Below, one piece after another: positions 42,503-59,191 of a stretch of DNA of 64,000 nucleotides; position 1 is the stretch's first letter; every line of letters begins with the position of its first letter. A program made the position numbers and the translations under genes. A model generated the notes under the pieces. It made no database searches, was not told the origin of the DNA, and saw nothing but the letters and a program-made list of their open reading frames with translations. Source of the stretch: Eledone cirrhosa (lineage: Eukaryota); NCBI GenBank assembly GCA_964016885.1, contig OZ024740.1, forward strand, positions 263,810,001 to 263,874,000. Direction: 5' to 3'.

Positions 42503-43064
42503 AAATGAAATTTGAAAATGCAACTGGAGTCTTTTAAGAATATTTATTTATATCCTTTACTGGTTTCACAGTTCTTATGATTTTCAAAATTAAAATTGAG
42601 ATGTAGGGTTTGAGTTTCTGTTGTGGTTAATAGCCCACGCCCTCTATTTGTATATATGCGCACTCTCCATTGCCTCTCATATAAAAGCCAACTGCATAGA
42701 ACGATGAATGCGTTATTAGTTAGGTCAATGTTATTAAATGAAAAAGAAAGTTTAGCCAAGTCATGGTGTGGTCATATAAGGCTTTACCTGATATTGTAAC
42801 AAGAAAAAGGGATGTAAATACACAGACCAATCAACACAATTTTGAAGGGGAAAGTTTAAAGTTACATCATTTCTAAAGAAGGAATAAATATATAGGCAAC
42901 CCGAAATAAAAAAAAGGGTTAACAGATAGCTTTACGAAAACAGTCCTTATAAGCAAAACGCAGGGTTTATGAAGATGAAATCACATTGAAAATTGTGTAG
43001 CTTCTAAGCCAATTATATCACTTAGAACGCACTGACATTTAAATGAAAGTTTTTCATTTTGGTT

Positions 43065-43127
<63 letters not shown>

Positions 43128-43325
43128 TTGTGTGTGTGTGTATGTGTATATATGTATATATATATAACATTTAGGAGAGAGTCAAATAATTTACATTTTA
43201 TTTGAAACGATATTTTACATTTTATTAAATAGAAAGTTAATGCTGAAAACAAGGGGTTAATATCCTCCCTCAGTGCAAATCAGAATTACATCTAAATTTT
43301 TGCATACTGATAACATTTATACAGG

Positions 43326-43389
<64 letters not shown>

Positions 43390-43828
43390 TGCATTGATGT
43401 GTATGATGGTGGAAATGCTAGTGCTGGTATAGATGACGAATTTAGTGAGTGATGAGAAAGAACCTGCAATATCATAGCCTAATGCTAACATGTTCGCAAA
43501 GCCATCCTAATTCATTGAGCTGAAAATAACTTTTTTATATATATATTTATTTATCATTATTTCTTTTTCTTTTGAAAGCCAAAAGCAACATCAAAATAAA
43601 TAGATAAATAATAAATATAATTAAATATAGTTTCTCCCTCCTTCGGAAAATGCGAAACAAGGTAGAAAAAAGCCAAAGATGGGGAAAATGATGATGATAA
43701 TAGTAATAATATTATTAATAATAATAATAACAACAATGATAATAATAAACGGAGAATCCTCGGTGATCATTGGTCTATGAATAAAATCAAATTTGCATGG
43801 TAGCTTAAAGCTTAGTTTAAAATCTGCG

Positions 43829-43893
<65 letters not shown>

Positions 43894-45539
43894 GGAGATA
43901 GTGGGGGAGAAGGACGGAGAGAGAAAAAGGAAACAGTGAGACTCCTTGAAGGAGTGAGTTTTAAAAACTCAATTATAAAATATCAGACCTTTAGCAAGCA
44001 GCCGGCAGTACAAATGTTTCTACTTGCAATTCGACACGGATTTGCACATTGATAAAGTTAGCTGATGATGATGATAATAAAAAAATAAAAAATATATATT
44101 AAAGAAATCATCATTATTATTATTTATTTCCGAAGATTGTTTTTTTCTTTATTTTATTAATAATATTTATTTATTTTGTTGCATTGACCGTCCTAAAGCA
44201 GAAACTGCAAGGTAGCTTATGCAGAGTACGAGTTCACTACGAACTTTATTAATTGTCTCTTTGGGCCAAAACACATACACACACAGAGAAAAAATATATA
44301 CTTGCTTCTCTGAGAATTATTTCTTGGCTACGATAGAGAAAATAAATAAAAAAGACCAAAATACAGAAAAATGGACGGAAATAAAGAAAAGAACTAAAAT
44401 TTCAGGGAATGGATTAACGAAATATTCCATATTTCTATTTTTTTTTTATATTCATAGTTTTCGAAAGAGAAGAAGAAATCGCTGAGGCAGTAGAGTGCTG
44501 GTATAAATGTTGTTCGGTATATGATTTCCTCTAACTATGAGCTGATTTCAAATACTGATTGTGTCAAAGAGGAGTTTAATTCCTCCGTGGATGATCAAAT
44601 ATAGGCAGAAAAATTATAGTAATTTCTAGCTTAAGCTCAAGGCTTCAAATTTGAGAATAGTGTATATTATGTTTGTAGCTGAGGTACAAGGCAGAGGGAG
44701 AGAAATCCATACATATCCCATAGGAAAGAAGGGCAATATCTACGTGGTGTTAAAGAGGCATAAATAAATATTACAATCCACTAACTTCACTGACCTGTCA
44801 ATTCTGTTAATCTAACACCATTCTTCTTCTTCTTCTTCTTCTCCTTCTTCTTCTTCTTCTTCTTCTTCTTCTTCTTCTTCTTCTTCTTCTTCTTCTTCTT
44901 CGTTTGCCCATATTCACAAAATATTTTGTAGACACAAAAGGTTCAATCTCAACAATGAGATATGACTGGACGGTTTCGACCAACCTACAGCGTTATCGAT
45001 GAAATGCAGACATTGTAGGCTTTGTGAGATCCCTTGGAAAAGGATGAGCATATAATAGCCAAATTAAAATGTCCCCAGTACACTCTCTAAAGTGTTAGTG
45101 TTAGTGCCATTATAAAATGTACCCAGTTTACCCTTTAAGGTGATTGGCATTAGTAATTAGAAAGGCTATCAAGCCATAGAAACCATGGTAAATATAAAGA
45201 GCATGAACAAGATGTGGTGTTTTTCCCTTAATAATATATTTCACAAAAATAAGCCAAAATAAAGTGGGAAACAAGAATAATCTAATCTAATCTGGCCGAG
45301 TTTACACTCGCAAATAAGAAGAACCAAGGCCGCCCCTAGCAGCATTGGATTTAGTGTACCTCATACTTGTTTCGTTTGCTGAATACAATCAGGGGGGAGG
45401 AGTCTCACTTCTTCTCCTGAAGTTCAATGGTTCTCTTCTAACTGGTGCGGAGCGCCTTTCGATTGTCAAAATGCATTGATCATCTGCAAAGCCGCATTGT
45501 TCTCAGAGCCACTAAACCAGTCTTTTGTTGGAGTAAACT

Positions 45540-45640
45540 GGGGCAACGTGAAATAAAGTGTCTTGCTCAAGGAGACAACACATCATCCGGTCCGAGAATT
45601 GAACTCACAACCTTTCGATTGCAAGCCCAATGCGCCTATC
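45540..45640 (-). mobile_element. Partial SINE family B
   Basis: gtgaaataaagtgtcttgctcaagg...gaattgaactcacaacctttcgattgc. Confidence 0.7.
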
Positions 45641-46969
45641 AAACACATCATTTGTTTTACTCACCGTATAATGATTTACTAGCAAAGGTAGGGCAATTCT
45701 TCAAAAGTTTTAAGATGGAATATAATATATTCCACCCTCTGATTTCTATATTTTTTCTGTAACAGCTATCTCGAATGTCGATGTAAGCTTCTCCGATGTT
45801 ACACTTTAAGTCATTAGTTTTAGCACAACATGTTGTCTCCCAGGTGTCTTTAACGTTCTCTCTAGATCGTGTGCACTACCCTACCTTCCCTGTCTAAAGA
45901 GTAAAAATAAAATATTTAAACTGCGTGTAATTGGTTCATATGTCGAAAGGATATGTGATATACTATTAGATTATCTACGCTCCAGTTCGAAAGCATGATA
46001 CACATTTTCTTCTTGGGAAGTAGAACAATGTTTCATAAATACAACTATCGAAAAATGTTTGGAGCTCTCAAATATGCATTAAGAATTCTATATTATTACT
46101 TGGTGATTAGCAGTTCAGGACACATGTGTTTCAACACACTAATGTACACTAAATATAAACCAATAAACAGATTTGATATATGCTTCTACTATACAGACTA
46201 CATTGTACTGCTGATAACAGAAAACAAAGAAAAATTACTACATAGGGTAGTCATAATCTATAATATCTTGGTTATCTGTTGATTCTGGCTTAGCTAGAAG
46301 ACTGGCGATCGTATTTCACGCTTTTGATTTTCTTGGATGTTCAGGACATTTCAATTCAGCCTGGAAGTGTCAACTGAGTGAACACTATTCACAACTTATT
46401 GTTAATCGGCATCAAATCTGACTGTAGTATAACTACAATATTTGTATGATAAGCCTTTTAGTGAAATGCATATTCACTGGAGATGATGATATAAGTTAGA
46501 ACTCGTTTGTATTCCAACAGTATCCTTTAATAATGTACTGTAATATATCATTCATTCTCATATTTATGAGATTTCCTAACAACGCCAGATCTACGATCTA
46601 TTTAATATAATTGCATGCTTTCTTTGTCATGAATTTCTTACCAGAGAGGTTAATCTATAGCTTTCAACAATAATAAAAGGCATTGCTTAAGGATATACTA
46701 TTTGAACAGTCTGAATTCGTTCAGAAAAACCCCATGCTAGAGAATTTCACTTGAAGGAACTTCATAACAGTTTCCTTTTCTCTCTGATGTGTATGTAAAC
46801 TTCTTTAATTCTAAAGATCCAGCACTTTCAAATGTTGATAATAAATGTTTTTAGCCGGGGGAGATGACGTCCAGCATAGAACTGAGATTGAAATAAGGAA
46901 AATTGATTTTTGTTTAATCTATCTATAAACAGTTACACAACTCAAATCACGGATACTGAAACATGATTT

Positions 46970-47017
<48 letters not shown>

Positions 47018-47214
47018 CTTGATACAGAATAGACATTTCCAGTGATACTGGAAACGATTAGTAAGTATCACATGATTTTATGTATTCAGTATTGCCTATG
47101 TAACATATGTATCCCTTCGCCACCAAAAAATAGTGGAACAAACGAAGAGTTAACTATCTAACAAGTGAAATGACACAGATTAAAATTAGATGTAGAAATT
47201 CTGTTTTCGTCTAA

Positions 47215-47405
47215 GGCGGCTATATTTTTATAAGGGGATTTATATGTCTATATAAGTTATATTTTAATATGGGGTTATATGTCTATATGGGCTATATTTT
47301 TATATGGGAATATATACGTCTATGTGGGGCTATATATAGTCTATGTTATTGTATAGGGATTTTTATGTTTATAAGGGGCTGTATGTCTATATGGGGATTT
47401 ATATG
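47215..47405. repeat. Degenerate AT-rich minisatellite (tatatgtctatatgggg-like units)
   Basis: Recurring atgtctata and ggggc/ggggat motifs. Confidence 0.55.
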
Positions 47406-48442
47406 ATTATAGTGAAATTGAAATCATTGGTTTGTAAATGCGAGTTTTGTGAAAGAAAATACACTGACATGACGGTAGTCTGCAACATTTGGAATACAGT
47501 GTAGAATTAGAAGAGTCAAATTGCAAATTTGAATTAGATAAAATATTCACCGACTGCTACTCAGGCTGCGGTTGAAGGCTGCGTACTAACTAGCTTTTGA
47601 TTTAGAGTAATTAGAAAGAAATTATTCATGAGACTATAAAGATAACAGAACGCTGCAATAAATGAATTTATTATTCAAGTCCTTTTATTTTATGAATTCA
47701 TATTTCATCGGTGTTCCTTTCACTGAGGCTAAACCTTCAGGTGTTGATTAAATATATATTAATCATATATATTCGGGTTAGGGACCATTGACACCAAACT
47801 TCCCTTCAAAATACGTAGGTTTATGTACATTTTTACAAATATATTAGGTATTGAACTAATGGTTTTGTTAATTTAATCACATATTATTTAAATAAATTTT
47901 TCATGGAAGGTATTAAAACCAATAAGTGCGATAGGAATTTGCTATGTTACAGGAAGGTGTTTTATCTCTCTAGGTGATATCTGACGAACAACTGCAACGA
48001 ATTTCTCAACACATGCCTATTTTCTACCTACATACACATCTTTTGTTACATAATCAGTAAATCACTATCCAGAATATCAACAAGCATCATAATATAAGTC
48101 ACTCATGAATGTAAAATGAGAAACACCGAGTTGTAAGTTGTTCAGCTTCGTTGGAATATATATATGTATATTCATTTTATTAAGGCTAAATAGTAAGTGT
48201 TGTTATTCTGGAGTTTAAAATGGATATTCAAACTCTACGTCTATATTGAGTACTCTTTCTCTCAGCTGTTAACCACATGCGAATATGTAACTCTGAACGG
48301 TGTTTTTTCTGAAGAAAGGCAAATGCCCGATACGTTGACTGTAACTTATTCTCTTTCTGTTAAATGACTTTATATTAATGATGCATCATCTCGTTTGAAC
48401 ATTTCTTGTTATCGTGATATATATTTATATATTTATACTTAT

Positions 48443-48506
<64 letters not shown>

Positions 48507-49093
48507 TGATCCCGGAATCAACCACATCCAAGGATTTTATCAAGCATCCCACCACATCTTCTTACGGAATCACCTTTATGACTCACCCACACACACACAA
48601 AAATAATTTTTTTTCCCACACGCCACCTACACCCATAACACGCTTAAACACCACACACACACGTGCGTACCACCACATATTTACACATTCAGCCTCCGGA
48701 TTCCTCTCCCCCACCCCTCTATCCACACACGCACACACACGCACACACACTCCGACCTACACCCCACCCCACAGACACCTCTTCCTGAACATGCAACCCC
48801 GTTCTTCCCCCAACCCTTGCTTTCACATACACACACACACACGTACACCTACATACACACACCACCTTCAGCCCTCCCAGCTCGGACACCCCTTCTCCCT
48901 CTCCCCACTCCACTCGCCACCACCCCTACACGCCCCACACCCTTCCACCACCTGTTTTACCCCATTTTAATTTTATTTTGATCATGCCTTTATTTTTAAT
49001 TTCATTTGCACCGTTTCCTCTCACCCCTTTTTGCTATATGTCTCTCCACCACTCCCCTACACACCCTTTGAACTCTCTTCCCACACACTTTTC

Positions 49094-49125
49094 ACCTGAA
49101 GAAGGGCTTATGCCCGAAACGTCGT
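49094..49125 (+). ncRNA. Minimal PLE-type hammerhead in a (TA)n-flanked insert (48505-49215)
   Basis: CTGAAGA-a-GGGC ttat GCCC-GAAACGTC; stem I only 2 bp; degenerate relative at 48309-48335. Confidence 0.65.
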
Positions 49126-49211
49126 TCCCCACCACCACCTCACTCTCAAGAGCGTGAAATTAATAAACATCTGTTGTACTGCCTCTCTGTTTTGTTCCCG
49201 TTCAATTTTTC

Positions 49212-49277
<66 letters not shown>

Positions 49278-49410
49278 GATAAATCTACCAAAAGTTTACG
49301 GTAGTGTCCAATCCGTATGAAGAACTCAATGTAATCCGGATATCATGAAAAGAGAAGATGCATTAAAAAACTACTTTCGGTGAAAAATAAACGGAAAACA
49401 GAGTCAAGAT

Positions 49411-49798
49411 AAATTATTAAAAAAATAATGAATAAACAAAGAAATAATTCCTTATATTAAAAAAATTCATCATTTTACGATCGTTTCTAGGATATATATG
49501 TGTTAGAGTTGGTATGCATATTCTATAGATCTATGTACAATATTTATACAAACTATCAGAGGGAATATACATACCTACACATATATATGCTGTCTTCAGA
49601 AATAATTCTGAAGACAGCATATATATGTGTAGGTATGTATATTCCCTCTGATAGTTTGTATAAATATTGTACATAGATCTATAGAATATGCATACCAACT
49701 CTAACACATATATATATCCTAGAAACGATCGTAAAATGATGAATTTTTTTAATATAAGGAATTGTTTCTTTGTTTATTCATAATTTTTTTAATTATTT
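49411..49798. mobile_element. Near-perfect fold-back (about 190-bp arms, 4-nt loop) with hammerhead
   Basis: Centre cagaa-ataa-ttctg at 49597-49610; CTGAAGA 49608-14; long stem II atatatatgtgt/acacatatatat; GAAACGATCGTA 49722-33. Confidence 0.88.
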
Positions 49799-50220
49799 AT
49801 ATATATATATATATATATTTTTAAGTCGTTTGGAAGCCTCGACAATTCAAATGGGATATTCAAAACAACGAACAGCGGAGGACGCGTTTCGCACCTTTCC
49901 GACAGACAACCTTTCCCACACCCCAGAAAAAAACCCCAGTTGATGGATGTGAATCCGAAATATATAGGAACAATTAAATCTCTCCCAAGGTAACTCTCTC
50001 TCGTGTTGTTATTTTTATTTTATCCTTTATGATCTTTCCTTCATTCCTCTACACGTCTTATACACGCCACGCATCTCAACGGACACCCATTTACATCTCT
50101 CTCTCCGCCACCGGATCTTGTTACCCGGAGATTTACCCATTTGCATTGTCGAGGCATGCAAACGACTTAAAGAAATTTACCTTATTATTCCACAATGCTT
50201 CAAGCAAACTTCAATACTCT

Positions 50221-50291
<71 letters not shown>

Positions 50292-50452
50292 TGAGTGTGT
50301 TCTGTTATTAATTCTGGCAATATTATTACACAAATATGACCCTCCCCAAGTATAATAATATTTATATACATATATATATATATTTATATATAAATATACA
50401 TACTTATATATATATTTATTTACATATATATATAAACTTATATATACGCCTG

Positions 50453-50484
<32 letters not shown>

Positions 50485-51487
50485 AAGATGGTGGAATAAA
50501 TATTCCACTTACTAAGTTTTATTTACTAACGTCTGCGAATATTCTCTATAAAGTGTTCGATCAGAATATTTTTTCTCAGCTTTACGTATCAGATTACCGC
50601 CAGCTCTTCCAATTATTAATCGCCGTTTTTCTCCTTTATTCTCATACATTCTCATAGAAGCATTTAACCTACAACGGATAACAAATGATTATTACATGTG
50701 TATATGAAAATCAACGAACCTAACACAATTTAGAGCGCGTTGCAAACACACCGCTTTGCCGGCAGGTATGTTCTCTAATATTTTATTACCCTCTCATTAC
50801 TAAGACAAGTAAGTGTCGGTGTTTCAGTAATACCATTAATCTAACTTATTTGAAGCTGTGCCATCTAAATATTACTGTTCTATTTAATACCTTCAGGTTA
50901 TAATCTTTAGTCAAATATATTCAGTTGGTTCTTTGCAACTAAAATCTTTCAAATATTCTGAAATTCGTAGCAATTTATTTTTAACTGGCGAAAGTATTTG
51001 TAATATTTGTGTAAACTTATTTTTCCCCCAAATATAAACACACACACACACTTACGTAAAACGTCTGATTATTAAGATATAATATATATATACCAGTTTT
51101 CTTGCATCCAAACAATTAGGTTTTCTTTTTGCGTCTAGGGACCGTTTATTGAAGCTACTCTGTAGGACCTCCTTCGTTTCCAAAGATGAGTACTTAAGTT
51201 GATTCAATAAACGTAACTGCATGGTGGTGAAATTAACCTCTACATTGCTAGGCAATCCATAGACACGTGCATATTTAACGTGGTTCAGTAAGATTTAGCG
51301 CGACACTATGCGTGAAAATCCTGGTTTCTGGCTCCTTGAATTATATTTGCATCTTGTTTTTGCCAGCTTACTTGACTGGAGCAACGGGAAATAAAGTGTG
51401 TTGTTCAAGGAGACAACGCACCGCTCTAAATCGAATTCATAAACTCACTGAACAAACCAGCCACTCTGCTACACGCCTTTGCAGCTG

Positions 51488-51554
<67 letters not shown>

Positions 51555-52368
51555 CGTTGTGAGTGAATCACTGTTCCCCATTAGTGCAGGTTAGATTTAT
51601 TCCTAATTGTCTTAACAACTCCTCTACAAGAAGATTTAGAAGCAACAAAATCTGCCTTGTGATTCTTAACGATTAAAAATGCTTTCGCTCATTCGGAAAT
51701 GGGAATTTCTCTTGTAGGTTGGGTATCGTAATAGTACTAGTACTTGTCTCACACACAAGAGCGAATATTTTTAATCGATGCGCTCACATTTGGAAATATA
51801 TCTTACGCAACTACAAAGAACCAGGATAAATTCTACCCGGAATGATCTAACTCAAACGTAAATCGTCTTCATTTTATTAGTCTGATTTGAGTTATCTCCG
51901 CTGTCGACGTCCTTGCGCAGAATCCAATCAGCTCATATATATTTCCGTCTTGGATTGAATTTATTCTATCCATTTAGTCCATGGACGTTCACTTCTAAGC
52001 CAAGGGCAGGTACCATTTATGTAAACACAGAGACTGTTGGATACCCATTGGTGAACATAATAGCCACTCTTCGTTACCATCGCCACTATCAAATATCTAG
52101 AAATCACACATATTCTGATGAATTACTTACGTTAAGACGTCTATTGTAGTGCGGAAATAATCGGAAATATCAATATATCCTAACAAAAACACAAACAGGG
52201 ACATATCTCAATAGTGAAACATGTAAAAATGTGTAATTAAATAATTGTTTCTACTTTTGGCACAAGGCCATCAATTACCCAGTGCATTACTGGTACTTTA
52301 TTTTATCGACCCCGATTAAATAATAATCTTTCTAATCTTGTCTTGTATGTTTTTCCTAACACGTAAAT

Positions 52369-52397
<29 letters not shown>

Positions 52398-52399
<2 letters not shown>

Positions 52400-52665
52400 C
52401 ACCTTGATCACCTTGACCGACCAGTCTGTCGGGCGCCAATCGGCGCCGCTGGACACAGCACGTCGTGCTGTTTTAGCCATAAGATAACGCCATCCCACTG
52501 GCTGGGCGGGCAGGCCGGTACTCATTTCTACAGCTGAGTAAACTGGAGCAACGTGAAATAAAGTGTCTTGCTCAAGGAAACAACACATCAGCCGGTCCGA
52601 GAATTGAACTCACAACCTTTCGATTGCAATACCAATGCTCTAACCACTAAGCCATACGCCTTCAC
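52398..52665 (-). mobile_element. SINE family B copy (partial family A copy at about 52240-52315)
   Basis: Inverse of 3277-3518. Confidence 0.8.
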
Positions 52666-52688
52666 ACATATATATATATGTATATATA

Positions 52689-53154
52689 AATTTCGTATTT
52701 CTAAAGAAATACGATATTAAGAAGCCGTAGCTATGCAAACACCGGGGACTAACGCCCTCTGGTGTTGTCCAGCAGAAGCAAGGGGGACAACCATCTATGC
52801 ATTTCAGGTTAGACTGGCCATCGTCAGGAAGATCTCTCCCACCGCTTTGAGACTGCTGGACTTGAAAACAGCCGAGAACATATAGTTTTCTCGTCTGTGT
52901 AAATGAGGTGATTAATCTCATTTGCATATGAAGCTGCATAAGTTGGCTCAACTTATAATAGAAAAGAAATTTTGATTTCGCTTCAAGCATAGCTTTATAC
53001 AAAATGTAGATACATTTCGTATTTCTAAAGAAATACGATTTTAGGAAGCTGTAGCTATGCAAACACCGGGCGGCTAATGCCCTCTGGTGGTGTCCAGCAG
53101 AATCAAGGAGGACAACAGTTTATACATTTCAGGCTTGACTGGCTATCGTCAGGA
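52689..53154 (-). mobile_element. Retrozyme-like 325-nt partial tandem with two hammerheads, in (TA)n
   Basis: 52689-52829 repeats at 53014-53154; minus strand reads CTGACGA...cct-GAAATGCATA at 52796-52827; second core at 53146-52. Confidence 0.78.
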
Positions 53155-53159
53155 TATAT

Positions 53160-53274
<115 letters not shown>

Positions 53275-53381
53275 TACATTTATATATATATATGTAAACA
53301 CATACATATATATATACAGAGAGAGAGAAAGCGTGAGAGTAACTGTATTTACACACGTAGCTAACGTATATCTCACCCACC

Positions 53382-53431
<50 letters not shown>

Positions 53432-56400
53432 TGAAAGCATAACAAGGACGATTGGTTACTCCTTCATTACATTTATTGGTAGGTGACGCGCGTTTCGCCA
53501 CTGATCAGCTCAAGGTTCGATCTGTATCGATCTTACCCGACTCAATAATCGGCAGCTTAGCACAGAATTTCACAGAATAATATATCTGTGTAATAAGGAT
53601 TTATTTTGTGTTTAGTGTCGTATTTTCAAATGACACGAGAGAAGTGACTGCATGTTCAGGCGGATGAGCGATTGAAGTGACAACACAGACGAAACGGTTT
53701 TCTAAACAGCAATTTTATACTGGATATAAGTGTGCAATTTTTCAATAATGGTGCTGTTTAGAATACATTGCAATCAATTTGTTTAACTAATTTCAGTATC
53801 TTTGTCGCCAACGCATACCGACTCTCGGCACCAATTAGATCGAACCCAGAATTTATAATTGCGATGAGGACTCATTAACCATTCGGACATGCAGCGCTTA
53901 CATTGGTAAAAGGTAGTCCTATATATACAAAAGACGGGACAGCTACGGCTTGATCACATTTGAACCTATGTCTACTCGATCAGGATAGTTATGTGTCTAA
54001 ACAAAAACAAGTATTTGAAGGCTAAATTTTACTTTATTATTTTATTTTATTTTTTTTCTTGAGACATTACCTGTTAAAAATTGTTCTGTAGGTTTGAACG
54101 ATTATTTTTTAGCCTCATATTTTAAATGGTCTGGCAAGGGAGACTTGTAGTTTTCGCGGGGGAAATTAGTGACAAATTTCATATATGTTAATGTCAGACA
54201 GAGGATTGAAATCGAATCTCTGGGCTTTGCAGTTCGCTGAAAGTAATGTTTTACTTTATTGTACACACCACATGACTATATATATGGTTATCAGCAAAGA
54301 AACCCAATTAGAAGGTGGGTTTAATGAAACAAACAGAAACAAAAAAAGAAAGATAATGTACTATATACTTGTTACAAAAGAGAATTTCTTTTTAAGCATG
54401 CCACCTCTAAACGAAACTATAATAACGATGCTTCAGTGAATATCACCAAATAATAGGCAATTGGAAATATAGCCACGAACATTACGGAAATTAAACAGTG
54501 TTATGTAACAAAAACTGGTCAACATATACGAACATGGAAAGGTATAAAAAATACCAAATTTGCTTCTCATTCAGTTCGAATGAATACCTTAACAATGGTA
54601 GGAAACAATGCTAATATTGGAGGGATTTATATTCATATAATTTACCATGTTCTATATCACGTTCTTGTTTTCAGTCCACCTCACAAAGCAAGACTAATTT
54701 TTTTTATCTTCTCTTATATATTATAATAAAGATACGCACGTCCAACAAAGCTGCATCAATATGTGCACGTGCCTCACGAACACTCTTACACACACAAACT
54801 TAGTCAGAGGCACAGAAACATATATGAATTACATCTACGTGCGTATACACTTACGTACATTACAAACATACACGTAATCAAAAGATATAAATGCACATTT
54901 TTTTATGTTGATATATTTTTCTCGTGTAGATTTCAATATGAATATGTATGCGTGTTCGTTTGCTTGTTTATGAGTTACTACACATTGTTCTAATTTTTTA
55001 GCTATCTTCTATATTTCTTATGCTTTCATGTAACTAATAGACAAATAACATATAGACTTTGTATGCCAACCATAATGAATGTTGACCTTTATGAACTTAC
55101 AAAGTTTTATGTATAAAATGTAAACGATGAAAATTATATGAAATATATAAATAAATCTTTTACGGTTTCTAGTCATTAGGTTGGGGCCAAGCTGAAGCAC
55201 CACCGTAAATTCGATCATAGTTACCTCGGTATCTAATTTGTGAAGTCGTCAATTTATTTTATCGATTTCCTTTTGTCAAACAGCTAGGTTACGAGACACA
55301 GACAGGCACGGACAGAAACTTGAACATACACATATTTACGTTGGTCGAGATTTTCATTTTTCCTGAATATAATTTCGATTATCATACATTTATATAAATT
55401 CAATGGATTGGTAATATCATTAATGCATCGAATGAAATGCAGTTGAACTGAACTTTGCTTTTCATTCTTCCGAAGTCGATAACATTACGCAACAACCGGG
55501 TTCGATATAATCGATTTTTACTTCCCCTTGTGCTTAAATTAGAAAAGATTATTGTATATCTATAAACATATGCATTTTATATATGTAAAAATGTTTGTAT
55601 GTGTGTATTTTAGATACAAGATATATGTAAGTCCAAACGGCTCTCTGGTGATTCCGTGTGGAGGACGATACGGTATGAATTCCATTATTGTTGCTGACCA
55701 CATAGCAGTATCTTGGTGGTTCCATTCACGCTGTCACCAATTTGGTACTTTTCTAAGGCTCACGATGTCTAGACAGTTTTTTAGAAGCGACATTTATTCA
55801 CATCACTGTAGCTATATTACTGGTTTGTGAGGGATTTCTTGGAAGTTAACAGTGTCATCCATTGCTCCATCCCTCTAGTAGTTCACCGTTGTTTCTCGGC
55901 AGAGATTTGCTGTTAGAAAACGGGTGACAGGTGGCGTAAACCGATATGACCAACAGATATGATGTTTAGTTGAGATATAAGCGGGATGCTGCAGAACAAA
56001 TCAGCAAACTAGGACCAACAGCAGTGTAATACTAAGGGAGAGTTTTATTGTCAACTCCCAATAAAACTCTCACCACCTACTGGTGTAGCTATGACGAATG
56101 ACGAGTTGAGTAAAGACCCCCTCAAAATAAAAACCGTCTTTGCGGATCAAATAAAATTACTAAATTGAAAATCAAATTAAATACTCAAATATATTTATTA
56201 CATTCTAAACATCGTTATCGTGTTAAAATATGTATTAACATTTGAAACAGACTTCCAGATATGACATATTATATAATATCTAGTTACTATAAGATCGCCT
56301 TAAGTAAAATAGTTTCGCAGAACACACACGAACAATGTATGAATACAGAAAGTAAATATTGCTTTATTGGCCACAAGGGCTATGGATATAGAAAATCATA

Positions 56401-56704
56401 CGAAACAAAATGCATTCATAACCGAAATGTGATCATCTTCCCCAACTATGTTCATTTTAATTCAACAGACTTCTTTCTGAATTAGAGTTGCAAAGATTAC
56501 AATTTCGGAATCAAATGTCACTAACTTTACAACTGGCAGTATGGTGAGTTGAGTTTCTGTTTTCTTACATCATCTCACCAAAATAACAAGCTAAAGCCCA
56601 CACGGCATCCAGTCATCATGTACGCATCATGATGCTTCTTTAAAGGGCCGTTACGCAAATCAAAATTCCGGCTCAAAATATATGAGAAAGGCCTCGTATG
56701 TCTC

Positions 56705-56830
<126 letters not shown>

Positions 56831-56914
56831 AAATAAAAAGCTCGTCAGACCTCTGCTGTTGTAATGACAAAATGATTCTGTATGTTAGTGTGCATGTGTG
56901 GGTGAAAGAAAGAG

Positions 56915-56969
<55 letters not shown>

Positions 56970-58329
56970 GAAAATGTTTTGTCAATTCTCAAGTTTGAAT
57001 GTCGGATCGTTTATATTGATATACTGTCATACGCGGGTTTTTAGGCTTCCGTTGTGTTATCGAATTATATCTGGTATCTTACATGATCCAACTATATGTT
57101 CGAAATTTGATGGAGAATACCACTAGCCAGATTACCTGCAACATTCCCGGATATATGAATAGTATTTGAATAGTGATATCATTTGTACATTTTAGAGAGT
57201 AAGAAACTTCTCAGAATTTAAGTGTTTTGTGAACGATAAGTGGTGGAAGTCTACAATTTCTGATACTATTATTATAGTTATATTTGGAATTTTGAGTCTT
57301 GATCTGATATAATTCATTCTGAAATCAAGCATTTGCAATTTCATCATCTACAACGTCATCATCACCATAAGTCATAGCAACATTACACCTTATATCCGTT
57401 ATGAGAAGCAGAATCAGAAACTATGGACAGCAAACCATGTGAATGTATCACTGCATTAAATATGCATGAACAACAATCAAAAGCTGCAGTATTTTCCATC
57501 GTCGTCGTCATGAAGTCCTTTTTCATTTTGATCATCATTGTTCTCTTCTTTACCATAATCAGCATCCATACTCTCATTATCATTAAGAACAGGGATGGCC
57601 ACACTATTATCATTAACTATTATTAGAACATGTACAACAACAACAAAATGACCACCATTTACATAACAGCAATTTCAACCGAATATTTTGCGTTTTTATC
57701 ATGACCCACAACGTCTTAAACACATCGTCTTTCTTTTGTAGACAAGTCCTTTTATTCCAGGACCAATCACTAAACTAAATGCTGTCATTGCTACTGATAA
57801 AAACTACAAAGTCATTAGCAACTACTAAAAACAAAAATAACAAAGCAAACTACAAAGGCAACATCAGTAACAACATGAGATAAAGAAACGATGATTAGTG
57901 ACATTAATGACTTATTGAATGCTTTTTGTCATAGCATTTAATGGTTTCAGGGATATTGGCTCCTGTGTGTGATGACGAAGCTGGCGGGTACAATATTAAC
58001 GGTTAGATAATGTATATCATATCTTCTGGATCAAATCCAACGAGCATAAATGGTGTGGAGTCGCTTTAGTAATAAGGATTTTTCTTTCGGGACATATATG
58101 TCATCATTAGTTCTGTCCTTTATAGCATTCTTCATATTTTATTTTCCTTTGATGGTTTTATTCATGGTTTTCTGTTTGCCTATTGTTTTTCTTGGTACGG
58201 AATATTTCTTGTATCATTTCAACTGCTTTCCACATGTATTTAGCAAGTAAATATATGTTTGTCTGTTGCCGTGTATATATATATCAATCTACCTATCTGT
58301 ATCTGCAACATTATATACACACACACACA

Positions 58330-59191
<862 letters not shown>

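Noticed and set aside
43200-48200. Host gene exons in the repeat-poorer stretches (also 53.6-58.2 kb)
   Set aside because: No ORF with recognisable motifs; small exons cannot be excluded without RNA-seq.
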